Source: Planctomycetota bacterium (GTDB lineage: Bacteria > Planctomycetota > MHYJ01 > WSZJ01). From it: DNA of 64,000 nt. The position numbers were made by a program, and so were the translations under genes. The stretch is from positions 32,001 through 96,000 of the forward strand of contig JBBTCT010000002.1 in assembly GCA_038060895.1 (NCBI GenBank), read 5' to 3'. This document shows positions 17,881 through 27,293 of this stretch, one piece after another; positions within the stretch are counted from its first letter, which is position 1; every line of letters starts with the position of its first letter. The notes beneath the pieces were generated by a model that made no database searches, had not been told where the DNA came from, and saw nothing but the letters and a program-made list of their open reading frames with translations.

Positions 17881-19212
17881 ATGCGACTTCTGACCTGGCC
17901 TGCCGCGGCGCTAGCTGTTCTGCTCGCCGCCTCACAGGCCCCCGCCCAGACGGGCAGTCTCGAGGACCGCGTCAAAGCGCTCGAGATGAAAGAAGAAGAG
18001 AAGGCCAAACCAGGGGGAGGCGGCGACGCGGTCGGCGCCTACTTTGACGACGGCTTTCGCTTCAAGACCGATAACGGTTCCTTCGAGGGCCGGATCGGGG
18101 CGTACGCGATCGTGCATTACACGAGTTTCCCCCGATTTAATGAGGGGGACGGGTACACGGAGAACTTCTCGATTCGTGAAGCCGGGGCCGAGCTGTACGG
18201 CCGGCTGTGGGGCGCGTGGGAAGTGTACGTTCGGCCGAGAGTCATGCCGGGCGGCACGGACCTGTACTACGGCTGGGTGGAGTTCAACAAGTGGGACTGC
18301 CTCAAGGTCCGCGCGGGGCTCTTCAAGGAGCCGTATTCGCGGGAGCGGCTTGAGGACGTGAAGTGGATGGACATGCCCGAGGACTCGATTCTCAGCATCA
18401 TGACGCCGGGGCGGGACCTGGGCGTGATGATTCACGGGTCGCCGCTGGACGGCGTCGTGAACTACGCGGTCGGCGTCTTCAACGGCAACGGAGTCGGCGG
18501 TGACGAGAACAGCGACAAGGACATCGCCGCACGGGTGTCCATCCGGCCGGGTGCGAAGATGGAAAGCGACATCATCAAGCACCTGTCGATCGGCGGCAGC
18601 CTGACCTGGGGCAAGGCGGAGAGCGACAACGTGACGCCCTTCGAATTCCGTTCGCCCGGGACGGGCACGATCTGGAACGGCAACACGGGTTCGGCGGTCA
18701 TTTCCTCCTGGGAGAACAACGACACCGTGCAGCGGCTGGGAGCGGACCTGTCGTGGAACGTCGGCCCGGTGTCCTTGAAGGCAGAGATGTCCGCCTTCAA
18801 GAACAAGGTCGAGTTCAACGACTCGGATCACGAGACGTTCCGCGCGAAGGCGTGGTACGGGCAGGTCGGGTTCTGGCTGCTCGGCAGCACGCGTCTTGAC
18901 GGCCATCGGCCGGACATCAAGAAGCCGCTGTTCGGCGACAAGGGCGGATTCGGCGACGTCCAGCTGATCGGGCGCTACGCGTCGCTCCGTATGGGCGACA
19001 CGTATGAAGAGCACGCCGGCCTGGGCGGAAGCCGGAGCGTGACGGAGTGGTCGGTCGGAGTGAACTACTACCCGAACGCCTACGTCCGCGTTTCCGTGAT
19101 GTACGTGAACTACCGGTACGATCGCGAGGATTCGCGCAGACTCTTCACGGCCAACGGCCATCGCCTTGACCGGGAAGACGCCTTGATCGTCCGTGCCCAG
19201 ATCGATTTCTAG
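17881..19212 (+). CDS. OprO/OprP-like phosphate-selective porin
   Basis: GGAGG RBS, signal peptide, short coiled coil, GLFKEPYSRE, PGRDLGVMIHG, GVNYYPN and C-terminal Phe (QIDF). Confidence 0.8.
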   Translation: MRLLTWPAAALAVLLAASQAPAQTGSLEDRVKALEMKEEEKAKPGGGGDAVGAYFDDGFRFKTDNGSFEGRIGAYAIVHYTSFPRFNEGDGYTENFSIREAGAELYGRLWGAWEVYVRPRVMPGGTDLYYGWVEFNKWDCLKVRAGLFKEPYSRERLEDVKWMDMPEDSILSIMTPGRDLGVMIHGSPLDGVVNYAVGVFNGNGVGGDENSDKDIAARVSIRPGAKMESDIIKHLSIGGSLTWGKAESDNVTPFEFRSPGTGTIWNGNTGSAVISSWENNDTVQRLGADLSWNVGPVSLKAEMSAFKNKVEFNDSDHETFRAKAWYGQVGFWLLGSTRLDGHRPDIKKPLFGDKGGFGDVQLIGRYASLRMGDTYEEHAGLGGSRSVTEWSVGVNYYPNAYVRVSVMYVNYRYDREDSRRLFTANGHRLDREDALIVRAQIDF

Positions 19213-19227
19213 ACGGAACCTGAAATG

Positions 19228-19260
19228 AAGGGGCCGCCCTCCGGGGCGGCCTTTTTTTTT
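19228..19260 (+). terminator. Rho-independent terminator
   Basis: ggccgccc-tccg-gggcggcc followed by a T9 run. Confidence 0.92.
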
Positions 19261-19282
19261 GGGATTTGCGGGACCCGGGGAC

Positions 19283-19777
19283 TCATTTTCCGAGCCGGCG
19301 AAGCGCCCCGGGCGACAGAAGCAAAAGCAGGTTGCCCTTGGGCTGAGGGGTGAGCACGTCCAGTTTTACGAAAGCCATCCCGGCTTTTTTCAGCCGGATC
19401 GCGGCGGAATCCACTCCCGACACCAGGAACGACACGGCCGCTGAAAGCACCGGCTCGTGCCCCACGAGGACCGGCGCCTTCTCCTTCAGGTCTTTCAACA
19501 CTCCCAGCAACTCCGCCGCCGAGGTTCCCGGGAGAAGCTGGTCTACCTGCCGCGGGCGCGGAAGCTCCAGCACCTGCGCGAGGATCTCAGCAGTTTCAAA
19601 TGCGCGAGGAAGCGGGCTGCTCAGGACGGAGTCCAGTCCCAGATTGAGCTTCTTCAGCCCCCGGGCCGCCTGGCGCGTTTTCCGGCGACCGTCATCCGTC
19701 AGCGTCCGGGACTCCTCGGCAACTCCGGGCGAGCCGGGCTCCACTGCGATTCCATGCCGGAAGAAGCACACGTTCAC
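19283..19777 (-). CDS. sixA: Phosphohistidine phosphatase SixA
   Basis: RHG, SSPLPRAFETA and VGHEP motifs. Confidence 0.88.
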   Translation of the reverse strand: MNVCFFRHGIAVEPGSPGVAEESRTLTDDGRRKTRQAARGLKKLNLGLDSVLSSPLPRAFETAEILAQVLELPRPRQVDQLLPGTSAAELLGVLKDLKEKAPVLVGHEPVLSAAVSFLVSGVDSAAIRLKKAGMAFVKLDVLTPQPKGNLLLLLSPGALRRLGK

Positions 19778-20625
19778 AGGCGCCTCCGAGACTTTCCGAG
19801 CAGGACGGTCTTAAGGCGGACCAGTTCCGCCATGGCCTCCAGGAATCGCTCGGTATCCGCCCGCATCTCTCCGGCCAACCGGCGACGAAGCGCGCCTGCG
19901 GCGATGCGTAGTTTCGGCCGGCGCTGAAGGGCGGCGGCGAGGCGGTCGATCTGGTAGCGGTCGTGCCAGCCGCCGGCGGAGTCCTGCAGGCGCATGAAGA
20001 CATCGCGCAGGGCCTCCGCGTCAAATTCGGTGTACGCGGGGGCGATGGACTCCTGCTGGTACCTGAGGTTGCGGATTTCGCGCCTGAGCTCGTGCGCCTC
20101 CCGGGGGTCCGCCATCGGGGCCGCGCGCCGCGGAAGCCGCAGGATGGCACGAAGCGTTCGGTCGAGAGCGCCCGGTCCGGGAGGCTCCGCGTCCCCGCGG
20201 GCTTCCGAAAGAGCCTTCGACAGCGCGGCCTTCACGCGCTTCACACGCCCCGCCGTCAGCCATTCCGCCAGTTTCTTCCGTCGCGACTTTGACTCCCGGC
20301 GCAGTTCTTTCGTGAGCGCCTGGCGTGCCGGCGATTCCTCGTCCGTGCCGCCGGCGAGGAAGGCCGCCGCAACATCCGCGTTCCTCACGCGGCCGAGACG
20401 GCGGACGCACTTTTCAAGCCGGCCGCGCAGCTTCTCGCGCGGCTTGCCGGTCTCGAGCCAGATCTCCGAAGCGGCGGCCAGTCGCCTCGCGGCAACCCGG
20501 GCGTCGTGAATCGCTTCGACATCGGCCGGATCCTTGCGGATCTTCCGCAGTTCCTCCAGCAGCCGGGCCGCGGCCGGCGCCAGCGCCGCACGAGGACTCG
20601 GAGGAATCCGGGGTGTCGCGCTCAT
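19774..20625 (-). CDS. CHAD domain (polyphosphate-binding) protein
   Basis: IHDARVAARR, LGRVRNADV, HELRREIRNLRY and LQDSAGGWHD motifs. Confidence 0.88.
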   Translation of the reverse strand: MSATPRIPPSPRAALAPAAARLLEELRKIRKDPADVEAIHDARVAARRLAAASEIWLETGKPREKLRGRLEKCVRRLGRVRNADVAAAFLAGGTDEESPARQALTKELRRESKSRRKKLAEWLTAGRVKRVKAALSKALSEARGDAEPPGPGALDRTLRAILRLPRRAAPMADPREAHELRREIRNLRYQQESIAPAYTEFDAEALRDVFMRLQDSAGGWHDRYQIDRLAAALQRRPKLRIAAGALRRRLAGEMRADTERFLEAMAELVRLKTVLLGKSRRRL

Positions 20626-20643
20626 CGCTGGCTCACCCGCGCC

Positions 20644-22155
20644 TCATCGCTCTTCCCGCTTCGCCACCCGCAGCTTCAGGTCGCGGCCGAAGGCCTTGCG
20701 GAAGAGATCGGCCCGCCGTGCGGCGGTGTAGACCTCCAGTTCGGGATCGGAGGTCGCCCGGATCTCGAGCGTGACGTCTCCTCCCTCGGGAATCAGCCGG
20801 ATGTCGTCAATGAGCGCCGCATGGCTCCTGTCGAGGCCATCAGCCACCCGCAGAATGGCGCTCAGCAGATCGACGCGCCGGCGCTGCCCCTTTCCGAGCC
20901 TGGAATAACCCTCGTGGTCGGGGCGGGGAAGCGATCCCCGGTGGTAGCGCGCGACGAGCGCGATCAGGAGGCGGTCTTCATCGGAGAATCCCTCGATCGC
21001 GCCGTTCATGATCAGGTAATAGGCGTGCTTGTGGTGTTTCTCGGCGCTGATCCAGTACCCGGCGTCATGCAGCAGCGAAGCGTATTCGAGGATCTCGCGG
21101 TCGCCGGGGCTGAGGCGGTGAAGCGGCGCGAGGTCGTCGAACATGCGGAGCGAGAGGCGGGTCGTGTGGGTTGCGTGGAGGTCGAGCGCGCCGAGTCGGC
21201 GGGCGAGGACGTGGACGCTTCGGCGGCGGGGGTCGGCGATTTCGTCCTCGCGGATCGAGAGCCGTGCGGAATTGCGCGCCGCGTAGTCGGCGACGACGCC
21301 CTCGCGGAGCGCGCGGTCGCACGGAATGAGTTCCTCGAGGTCTGCCTCTTCCATGAAGACGCGGACGACCAGCGATCCGGGGCCGATCGTGTCGGCCCGC
21401 GCTTCTCCCACGGGGCCGAGCCCTGCCAGTTCCTTGCGCGGCGAGGCGAGCAGGCGGTGAGACAGGTCTTCGAGCGGCTCGCGACGGATGGTCTCTCCCT
21501 CGCCACGCACGCCGAGGAGCTTGGCGAGGGTCAGGATTGTCCCGCTGGTACCGAACACGGACGTCGGCGCGCGGCGCTTCACGTCCCTGGCGACCGGCTT
21601 GAGTTCCCCGCGGACGTGGTCTTCCATGTCTCCGCGGTCCTTCGGCCGCGGAAATTTTTCCGCGAGCCGCAGCACGCCGAGTTTCAGGCTCTTCACGAAC
21701 GCAGGTTTTTCCCCCTCCCCGACGATCACTTCCGCGCTTCCGCCGCCAATGTCGATGACGCCGATCCGGCCGGAATCCGGCGGCAGCCCTTCGCGCACGC
21801 CGGCATAAATCAGCCGCCCCTCTTCCTCTCCCGACACGACTCGCACCGCAAGCCGCGCCTCTTTCTCGACCCGTTTCACGAACTCCCCGCGGTTCCGCGC
21901 GTCCCGGACCGCTGACGTCGCCACCGCCAGCACCGCTTCCACCCCCTGCGCTTCGGCGATCGCGCGAAATCGCCGCAGGACCGCGATGGCGCGATCCATG
22001 TCGGCGACGGGGATCGATCCGCTGCGAAAGGTCGCGCGGCCGAGCTGGAGCATTTCCTTCGAGCGGTCCAGCACTTCGCGGATGCCGGGCGCGAAGAGCC
22101 GCGAGACGACGAGGTGGACGCTGTTGGCGCCGATGTCGATGGCAGCGACTTTCAT
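20644..22155 (-). CDS. ppx: Ppx/GppA exopolyphosphatase with HD domain
   Basis: AIDIGANS, ATSAVRDA, DIGGGSAE, ALREG and LLHDAG motifs; ATG at 22155. Confidence 0.92.
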   Translation of the reverse strand: MKVAAIDIGANSVHLVVSRLFAPGIREVLDRSKEMLQLGRATFRSGSIPVADMDRAIAVLRRFRAIAEAQGVEAVLAVATSAVRDARNRGEFVKRVEKEARLAVRVVSGEEEGRLIYAGVREGLPPDSGRIGVIDIGGGSAEVIVGEGEKPAFVKSLKLGVLRLAEKFPRPKDRGDMEDHVRGELKPVARDVKRRAPTSVFGTSGTILTLAKLLGVRGEGETIRREPLEDLSHRLLASPRKELAGLGPVGEARADTIGPGSLVVRVFMEEADLEELIPCDRALREGVVADYAARNSARLSIREDEIADPRRRSVHVLARRLGALDLHATHTTRLSLRMFDDLAPLHRLSPGDREILEYASLLHDAGYWISAEKHHKHAYYLIMNGAIEGFSDEDRLLIALVARYHRGSLPRPDHEGYSRLGKGQRRRVDLLSAILRVADGLDRSHAALIDDIRLIPEGGDVTLEIRATSDPELEVYTAARRADLFRKAFGRDLKLRVAKREER

Positions 22156-22247
22156 GGGGGTGGAGAGGGTATCCGGGGAGTGTTGGGGTTGGGTAAAGAA
22201 CAGGGAAAGTCGGGGCGAAGAGCGCACATTCTAGGAAGGGACTGCCC

Positions 22248-22407
22248 GAAACCGGCAACTACAAGACCGCGAACTTTCAAGCAAAGTGAGAACTACAAGA
22301 CGACGACTTCAAGGCGACAGGAAAGGGTGCTGCTCGCTGTTGTGCTTGTAGTTATCCGTTTGAAATTGCCGCTTGCTTGAGAGTTGAAAGTTGAAGTTGT
22401 CGGTTCC
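22248..22407. repeat. Degenerate inverted arrays of AACT(A/T)CAAG-like units
   Basis: Left: aactacaagac twice, aactttcaag, gacttcaag. Right: cttgtagtt, tttgaaatt, ttgaaagttgaagttg. The outer ends are imperfectly complementary. Confidence 0.6.
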
Positions 22408-22469
22408 ATGGAGGGGGTCGCGCCGCCCGCCCAGTCCTTCCTCGCACACCGCCGCAATCGCCCCCCGTC

Positions 22470-23693
22470 CTATCTCCAGCCATACCCCCATATCGACGCC
22501 GGCGCCACGCGCTCCGCCGGCGTCTCCCCCGCGAGCCGCAGCAGATGCGCCATCGGCGCTTCCCCGAGGTCGTCCGGACGGGCGTTGTACTGCGTGCCGC
22601 CCCAGCGCGTCCCTGCCGCGATCATCTCGAACTCGACGAAGCGTTCTTTTGCGAAATCCCACGTCGCGGTCCCGAGAATCCGCGCGTCGAACCCGCGCTT
22701 CTGGTCGTTCGCGGTCGGGTCGAAGCCGTTTACGCGCCACTTGCCGACGGCGGTCGCTTTCGTTTTCCCGGCGAAGCGAATCCGCGCGCGGCCATCCTTC
22801 ACTTCGTCCACGATTGCCGCCATTTCCGCCGTCGCGATCTCCGCTTCCTGCCACGGGTAGGTCTGGCCGCGGACGTTGTCGACGAAATGAAAACGTGCGA
22901 GGCGGAGGACGAGGTCGCGGGGGACGTCGTAAAGCGCGCCCTCCTCGATCGACTCCGGGAGAAAGCGGCGCGCTTCCTCCCTGCGGAACCACGCATAGTC
23001 CAGGTTCCACGCGTCGCGAACGGGTTCGTTGCGGGGGAGGTCCCGGGACCAGTCCTTGAGCACGAGCCCGTCGGCCGGATAGAGGCGTTCCCAGCGAGTG
23101 CGTCCGCCGGGATCGGCAGCCAGCGCTTCTTTGCTGAGCCGCTCTTCAGGCTTGAGTTCTTTCCACCGCGTCAGCGCCTTCTCCATCATTCCGGACATTG
23201 CCCCTGCGTTCGTGGTGTTGATCGACGCGAGGAGCACGCCATTGGGGGCGCAGGCGTAGATTCCCTGCCGCGTGCTCGTCGGTTTCGTGCGTCCCGCGTA
23301 GTGCCCCTGCTCGGCGACCTTCCGGAACAGGTCGGCCTCGGGTCCTTTGACCATTTGCAGGTGACCAACCTCGTCCGCACACGCCACGAACTCCTTCGCC
23401 AGCTCCTGCACTCTCGCATCGCCCCAGACGGACCGCCGGGCGGCAACGCCGTTGTTTCAGGTGCAGGCGAGCGGGTGGCCGTTCATCGCCCAGAGTAGCA
23501 CGGGCTTGTCCGCTTTCTGCGCCTCGACGACAGCGTCCCAGAACGAGGCCCGCCAGTCGACCGCCGTCCAGCGGAGCTCGTCGGGCGCCGGCAGGACGTG
23601 GTCGCGGATCTTCGCAAAGGTCTCGTCGGTGAGTTCCTGCGCCCCGAGCGGCGCGGCAAGCAGCAGGGTCAGGGCGATGGATGCGCGGCGCAT
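22470..23693 (-). CDS. Putative secreted selenoprotein with thioredoxin-like fold, SELENON-like (TGA at codon 79, 23457-23459)
   Basis: ORFs 23457..23753 and 22470..23411 are in frame across a single TGA: KPVLLWAMNGHPLACT-U-NNGVAARRSVW. Signal peptide MRRASIALTLLLAAPLGA. Confidence 0.85.
23428..23452 (-). promoter_or_regulatory. Putative SECIS hairpin
   Basis: ACGG-cguu-GCCGC-ccg-GCGGU-CCGU; the loop starts 17 nt after UGA. Confidence 0.5.
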
Positions 23694-23718
23694 TTGTCCC
23701 ATGATAGCCGCCGCTCGC

Positions 23719-25599
23719 TCACTTTCCCGCTTCGAGCTGTTTCCACTCTTCATACAAGTCCTCGCTCTTCTTCTTGAGCCCCACCTTCTCCTTCTCGAGC
23801 TCGTTCAGCTTCCGACGGTTCGTCGCGATCTCCGGCTCGCATTGCTTCTTCGTCACGTCCTCGACCTGGCGCTCGAGCAGCGTGATCTCCTCCTGGATGC
23901 GCTCGATCCGCCGCCAGCGCCGCCGCGCGTCCTTGTGTTCCTCCTGCGCGACCGCCTGCGGCGGCGGAGGAGGCGGCTTCGACGGCTGCGAGGAAGCGGC
24001 GCCCGCGCGCTGCGCCCGCTTCTCCATCACGCCCGTGTAGTCCGTAGGGTAACTCACGACGTGCCCGTCCTCGATCGCGAGGATCCGGTCGCACACGCGG
24101 TCGAGGAAGTAGCGGTCGTGCGAAATCGTGATGATCGTGCCGGGGTACCCGTCGAGCGCTTCCTCCACGGCCTGGCGCGAAGGAATGTCGAGGTGGTTGG
24201 TGGGTTCGTCGAGGAAGAGCGTGTTGGGCCGGTTCAGGAGAAGCTTGGCGAGCACGACGCGCGACTTTTCGCCGCCGGAGAGCGTTCCCACGATCCGGTG
24301 CACGTCGTCGGCCGGGAAGAGGAAGAGCGCGAGCCAGGACTGCATCTGGCCGCGGGTCATGGTGAGGTCGACGGACCAGATCTCGTCCATGACCGACTTC
24401 GAGAGGTTCAACTCGCCCAGGTTCTGGTCGTAGTAGCCCGGCTCGACGGAAGCGCCCAGGATCGCTTCGCCGCTGTCCGGCTTCTCGCGCCCCAGCAGGA
24501 TCTTGAAGAGCGTCGTCTTGCCGGACCCATTGGGCCCGATGAGGCCGACGCGCTCGCCGCGTTCGATCGTGAAGGAGACATCGCTGAAGAGTTTGTGGTC
24601 GCCGTAGGCCTTCGAGACCCGCTTGGTGACGATGGCCGACATCGCGCTCTTGTGCACCGGCCCGAACCGGACGCGCAGCGCATGCGCGGGTCCGCCGGGG
24701 CGGTCGAGCCGCTCGAGCCTCTCGAGTCGCCGCTTGCGCCCCTTCGCCTGCCGCGCGCGCTGGCCGGCGCCGAAGCGACGGATGTACTCCTCGGTCTTTG
24801 CGATGTGGTCCTGCTGCTTCGCGAACGCGACGCGCGCCGCCTCGGCGCGCTCTTCCTTGAGCTCGACGAAATCGCTGTAGCTCCCGACGTACGCCGCGCA
24901 CTTCCCGTTCTCGACCTCGACGGTGTGCGTGGTGACGCGGTCGAGGAAGTACCGGTCGTGCGAGACGACGATGACGGCGCCCGGGAATCCGTTCAGGTAG
25001 TCCTCGAGCCACTCGATCCCGACGATGTCGATGTGGTTCGTGGGCTCGTCGAGAAGCAGGAGGCTCGGCTTCACCAGCAGTTCGCGCGCCAGCGCCGCGC
25101 GGCTCCGCTCGCCGCCGCTCATCGTCGCGACGCTCTTGTGCAGGTCGTCGTCGTCGAACCCGAGCCCGTGCGCCACGACCTTGAGCTCCGTCTCGTACTC
25201 GTACCCGCCGCCCGACTCGTACTCGTGCTGCAGGTTTCCCCACTCTTCCAGCAGCTCCGGCGTCGACGCCGACTCCATCTCGTGCGCCACCCGCTCCATC
25301 TCGCTGTGCAGCCGCAGCAGATTCTCGAACGGCTCCAGCAGCGCTTCCTCCAGCGTCGCCGCCCCGCCGAGCTGGTCCGTCTGCCGCACGTAACCGAGCC
25401 GCGAGCCCCGCGCGAGCTGGATGTCGCCCCAGTCGGCTTCGATTTCCCGGGCGAGGATTTTCAGAAGCGTCGTCTTCCCCGCGCCGTTAGCGCCGACGAG
25501 GCCGACACGCTGGCCCGCGTCGACCTGGAAGTCGACGTTGTCGAGGACCACCTTTCCGGGGTAGGCCTTGGTGACTCCGTTGAGGACGGCTACGGGCAT
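23719..25599 (-). CDS. ABC-F family ATP-binding protein
   Basis: Two ABC cassettes (GANGAGKTT, MSGGE, LDEPTNH; GPNGSGKTT, LSGGE), no TM segments, C-terminal coiled coil. Confidence 0.95.
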   Translation of the reverse strand: MPVAVLNGVTKAYPGKVVLDNVDFQVDAGQRVGLVGANGAGKTTLLKILAREIEADWGDIQLARGSRLGYVRQTDQLGGAATLEEALLEPFENLLRLHSEMERVAHEMESASTPELLEEWGNLQHEYESGGGYEYETELKVVAHGLGFDDDDLHKSVATMSGGERSRAALARELLVKPSLLLLDEPTNHIDIVGIEWLEDYLNGFPGAVIVVSHDRYFLDRVTTHTVEVENGKCAAYVGSYSDFVELKEERAEAARVAFAKQQDHIAKTEEYIRRFGAGQRARQAKGRKRRLERLERLDRPGGPAHALRVRFGPVHKSAMSAIVTKRVSKAYGDHKLFSDVSFTIERGERVGLIGPNGSGKTTLFKILLGREKPDSGEAILGASVEPGYYDQNLGELNLSKSVMDEIWSVDLTMTRGQMQSWLALFLFPADDVHRIVGTLSGGEKSRVVLAKLLLNRPNTLFLDEPTNHLDIPSRQAVEEALDGYPGTIITISHDRYFLDRVCDRILAIEDGHVVSYPTDYTGVMEKRAQRAGAASSQPSKPPPPPPQAVAQEEHKDARRRWRRIERIQEEITLLERQVEDVTKKQCEPEIATNRRKLNELEKEKVGLKKKSEDLYEEWKQLEAGK

Positions 25600-25660
25600 G
25601 GGGGGCGGATTATAGTGCGGGGAGAGGTTGACGGGGGGTTGTGGACGGTAAAGGCCAGGA

Positions 25661-25696
25661 CAAATGCAAAATCCCAACTCAAACTCCAAATTCCAA
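25661..25696 (+). repeat. Single hexamer array, same family as 5950-6027
   Basis: aaatcccaactcaaactccaa matches 5951-5971 at 20/21 positions. Confidence 0.8.
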
Positions 25697-25709
25697 GGGG
25701 TCATCGCCC

Positions 25710-26141
25710 ATGACGGATGTCCGCGTAAATCTGGAGCACGAGTTGCCGCAAAGCGGGCAGGACCAAATCTGGAAGGGCCTGCGCGAGTTCACGGAGTCGA
25801 TCGCGGGGCCGAAGAACAACCAACCCCTTCATGTCGTCGCTCGCGCACCCGACGGCGCCATTCTCGGCGGCCTCATCGGTGCTTCCGCCTGGGGATGGCT
25901 CTTCATCGACGGCCTCTGGGTCGAGGCGCCGCATCGCAACGCGGGCCTCGGCAGTCGACTCATGGCGCTCGCAGAAGAAGAAGGGCGGAAGCGCGGCTGT
26001 TACGGTGCGATGCTGGAGACGTTCAGCTTCGAAGCGCGGCCGTTCTACGAGAAACTCGGGTACCAGGTGCACTCCGTGCTCCAGAATCAGCCGCCGGGTC
26101 ACCAGCGCCTCGGGCTCCACAAGGTCTTTCCAGGAACCTGA
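25710..26141 (+). CDS. GNAT family N-acetyltransferase
   Basis: LWV..HRNAGLGSRL and ARPFYEKLGY motifs. Confidence 0.9.
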   Translation: MTDVRVNLEHELPQSGQDQIWKGLREFTESIAGPKNNQPLHVVARAPDGAILGGLIGASAWGWLFIDGLWVEAPHRNAGLGSRLMALAEEEGRKRGCYGAMLETFSFEARPFYEKLGYQVHSVLQNQPPGHQRLGLHKVFPGT

Positions 26142-26171
26142 TCTGCCTGGTATTTCCGAAGGAGTTCTTCC

Positions 26172-26636
26172 ATGCCGCTCGCCCTCTCCTCACCCGCCTT
26201 CAAGTCCGGCGGCGAAATCCCCGCGAAGCACACCAGCGAGGACAAAAGCCTCCCGCCCCTGCTGGATTTCCGCGGCGCGCCCCCGGGGACCGCTTCGCTC
26301 GTGCTGACCGTGACCGATCAATCCGCGGCCAGAGGCGAGCCGGTCGCCCATTGGATTGTCTACGACATCCCCGCAACAGCCGGCGGCATCGGCCCCAGCG
26401 GCCTCCCGCCGCCGGGCTCTTCCGAGGGCCTGAACGACTTCGGCAAGACGTGCTACACCGGCCCGATGCCGACCGAGACCGAGCACCGCTACCAGTTCAA
26501 GCTCTACGCCCTCGACATCGCGCTCAAGGGCCTCCGCCAGCCGCCGCTCGCGCAGGTCGAAGCGGCGATGAAAGGCCACGTGCTTGCTCACGCGCTGCTG
26601 ATCGGGACGTACACGAAGAAGCGTAAGCTGCTCTGA
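26172..26636 (+). CDS. YbhB/YbcL (PEBP, Raf kinase inhibitor-like) protein
   Basis: HWIVYDIP, GLNDFG and HRYQFKLYALD motifs; the DPDAP motif has diverged to DQSAA. Confidence 0.9.
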   Translation: MPLALSSPAFKSGGEIPAKHTSEDKSLPPLLDFRGAPPGTASLVLTVTDQSAARGEPVAHWIVYDIPATAGGIGPSGLPPPGSSEGLNDFGKTCYTGPMPTETEHRYQFKLYALDIALKGLRQPPLAQVEAAMKGHVLAHALLIGTYTKKRKLL

Positions 26637-26698
26637 CGTAGAGCCATGGCGTGGGAGGTCTGCTCGGCCCGCTGACGCTCCTTGGTAGGATCCAGGTC

Positions 26699-27223
26699 AT
26701 GGCGCGTTTCCTGCTCGTCGCCGTGATCCTCGTCGCTTGTGCGGCCCTGCTGGCTGCGGCGCTCCTGGGTCGCAGGAAACCTGTCGTGTCACTTACGCAG
26801 CCGGCTCCAGTCTCGCTGGTCGAGAAGGAAAGCGCGCCGCGACCCCTTCCGCCGGATCCGCCTGCAGCGGAGACGTCGAGAGGGACTCCGGTTTCACAGG
26901 AGCAGGCTCCCGCGGATCCTTTCTCCGACTACCTCGCGGTCCGCGACCGGACCCTGCGCCGCTGGCGCGACACCCGCGTGGACATGCGATCCGGGACGCT
27001 CGCGGAGATACTGGCGGACCTGGCGTCGAGATTTCGCCTGGAGGCCCGGGCGCAGGAAGCGATTGCCGCGGACCCCGAACGCTGGCAGAGCGGCGCATGC
27101 TTCGATTTCCAGGACGGAACCATGGAGGCCGCCGCGCTTCTGCAGGTGCTGAACGATCGCGTCCCGGTCACTCTCTCCTGTCGCTTCGGGAAACTCTGGG
27201 CGCGCCTGACTCCTGATCATTAG
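26699..27223 (+). CDS. Hypothetical membrane-anchored protein
   Basis: N-terminal hydrophobic helix and Pro-rich linker; TAGGAT lies 7 nt before the ATG. Confidence 0.55.
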   Translation: MARFLLVAVILVACAALLAAALLGRRKPVVSLTQPAPVSLVEKESAPRPLPPDPPAAETSRGTPVSQEQAPADPFSDYLAVRDRTLRRWRDTRVDMRSGTLAEILADLASRFRLEARAQEAIAADPERWQSGACFDFQDGTMEAAALLQVLNDRVPVTLSCRFGKLWARLTPDH

Positions 27224-27293
27224 CGAGTTCCCCTGCAGGCCCCCCTCGCCTCTTCAAGCGTAAGATGGCAGCGTCCCCCTCAGGAGCCCCCGC

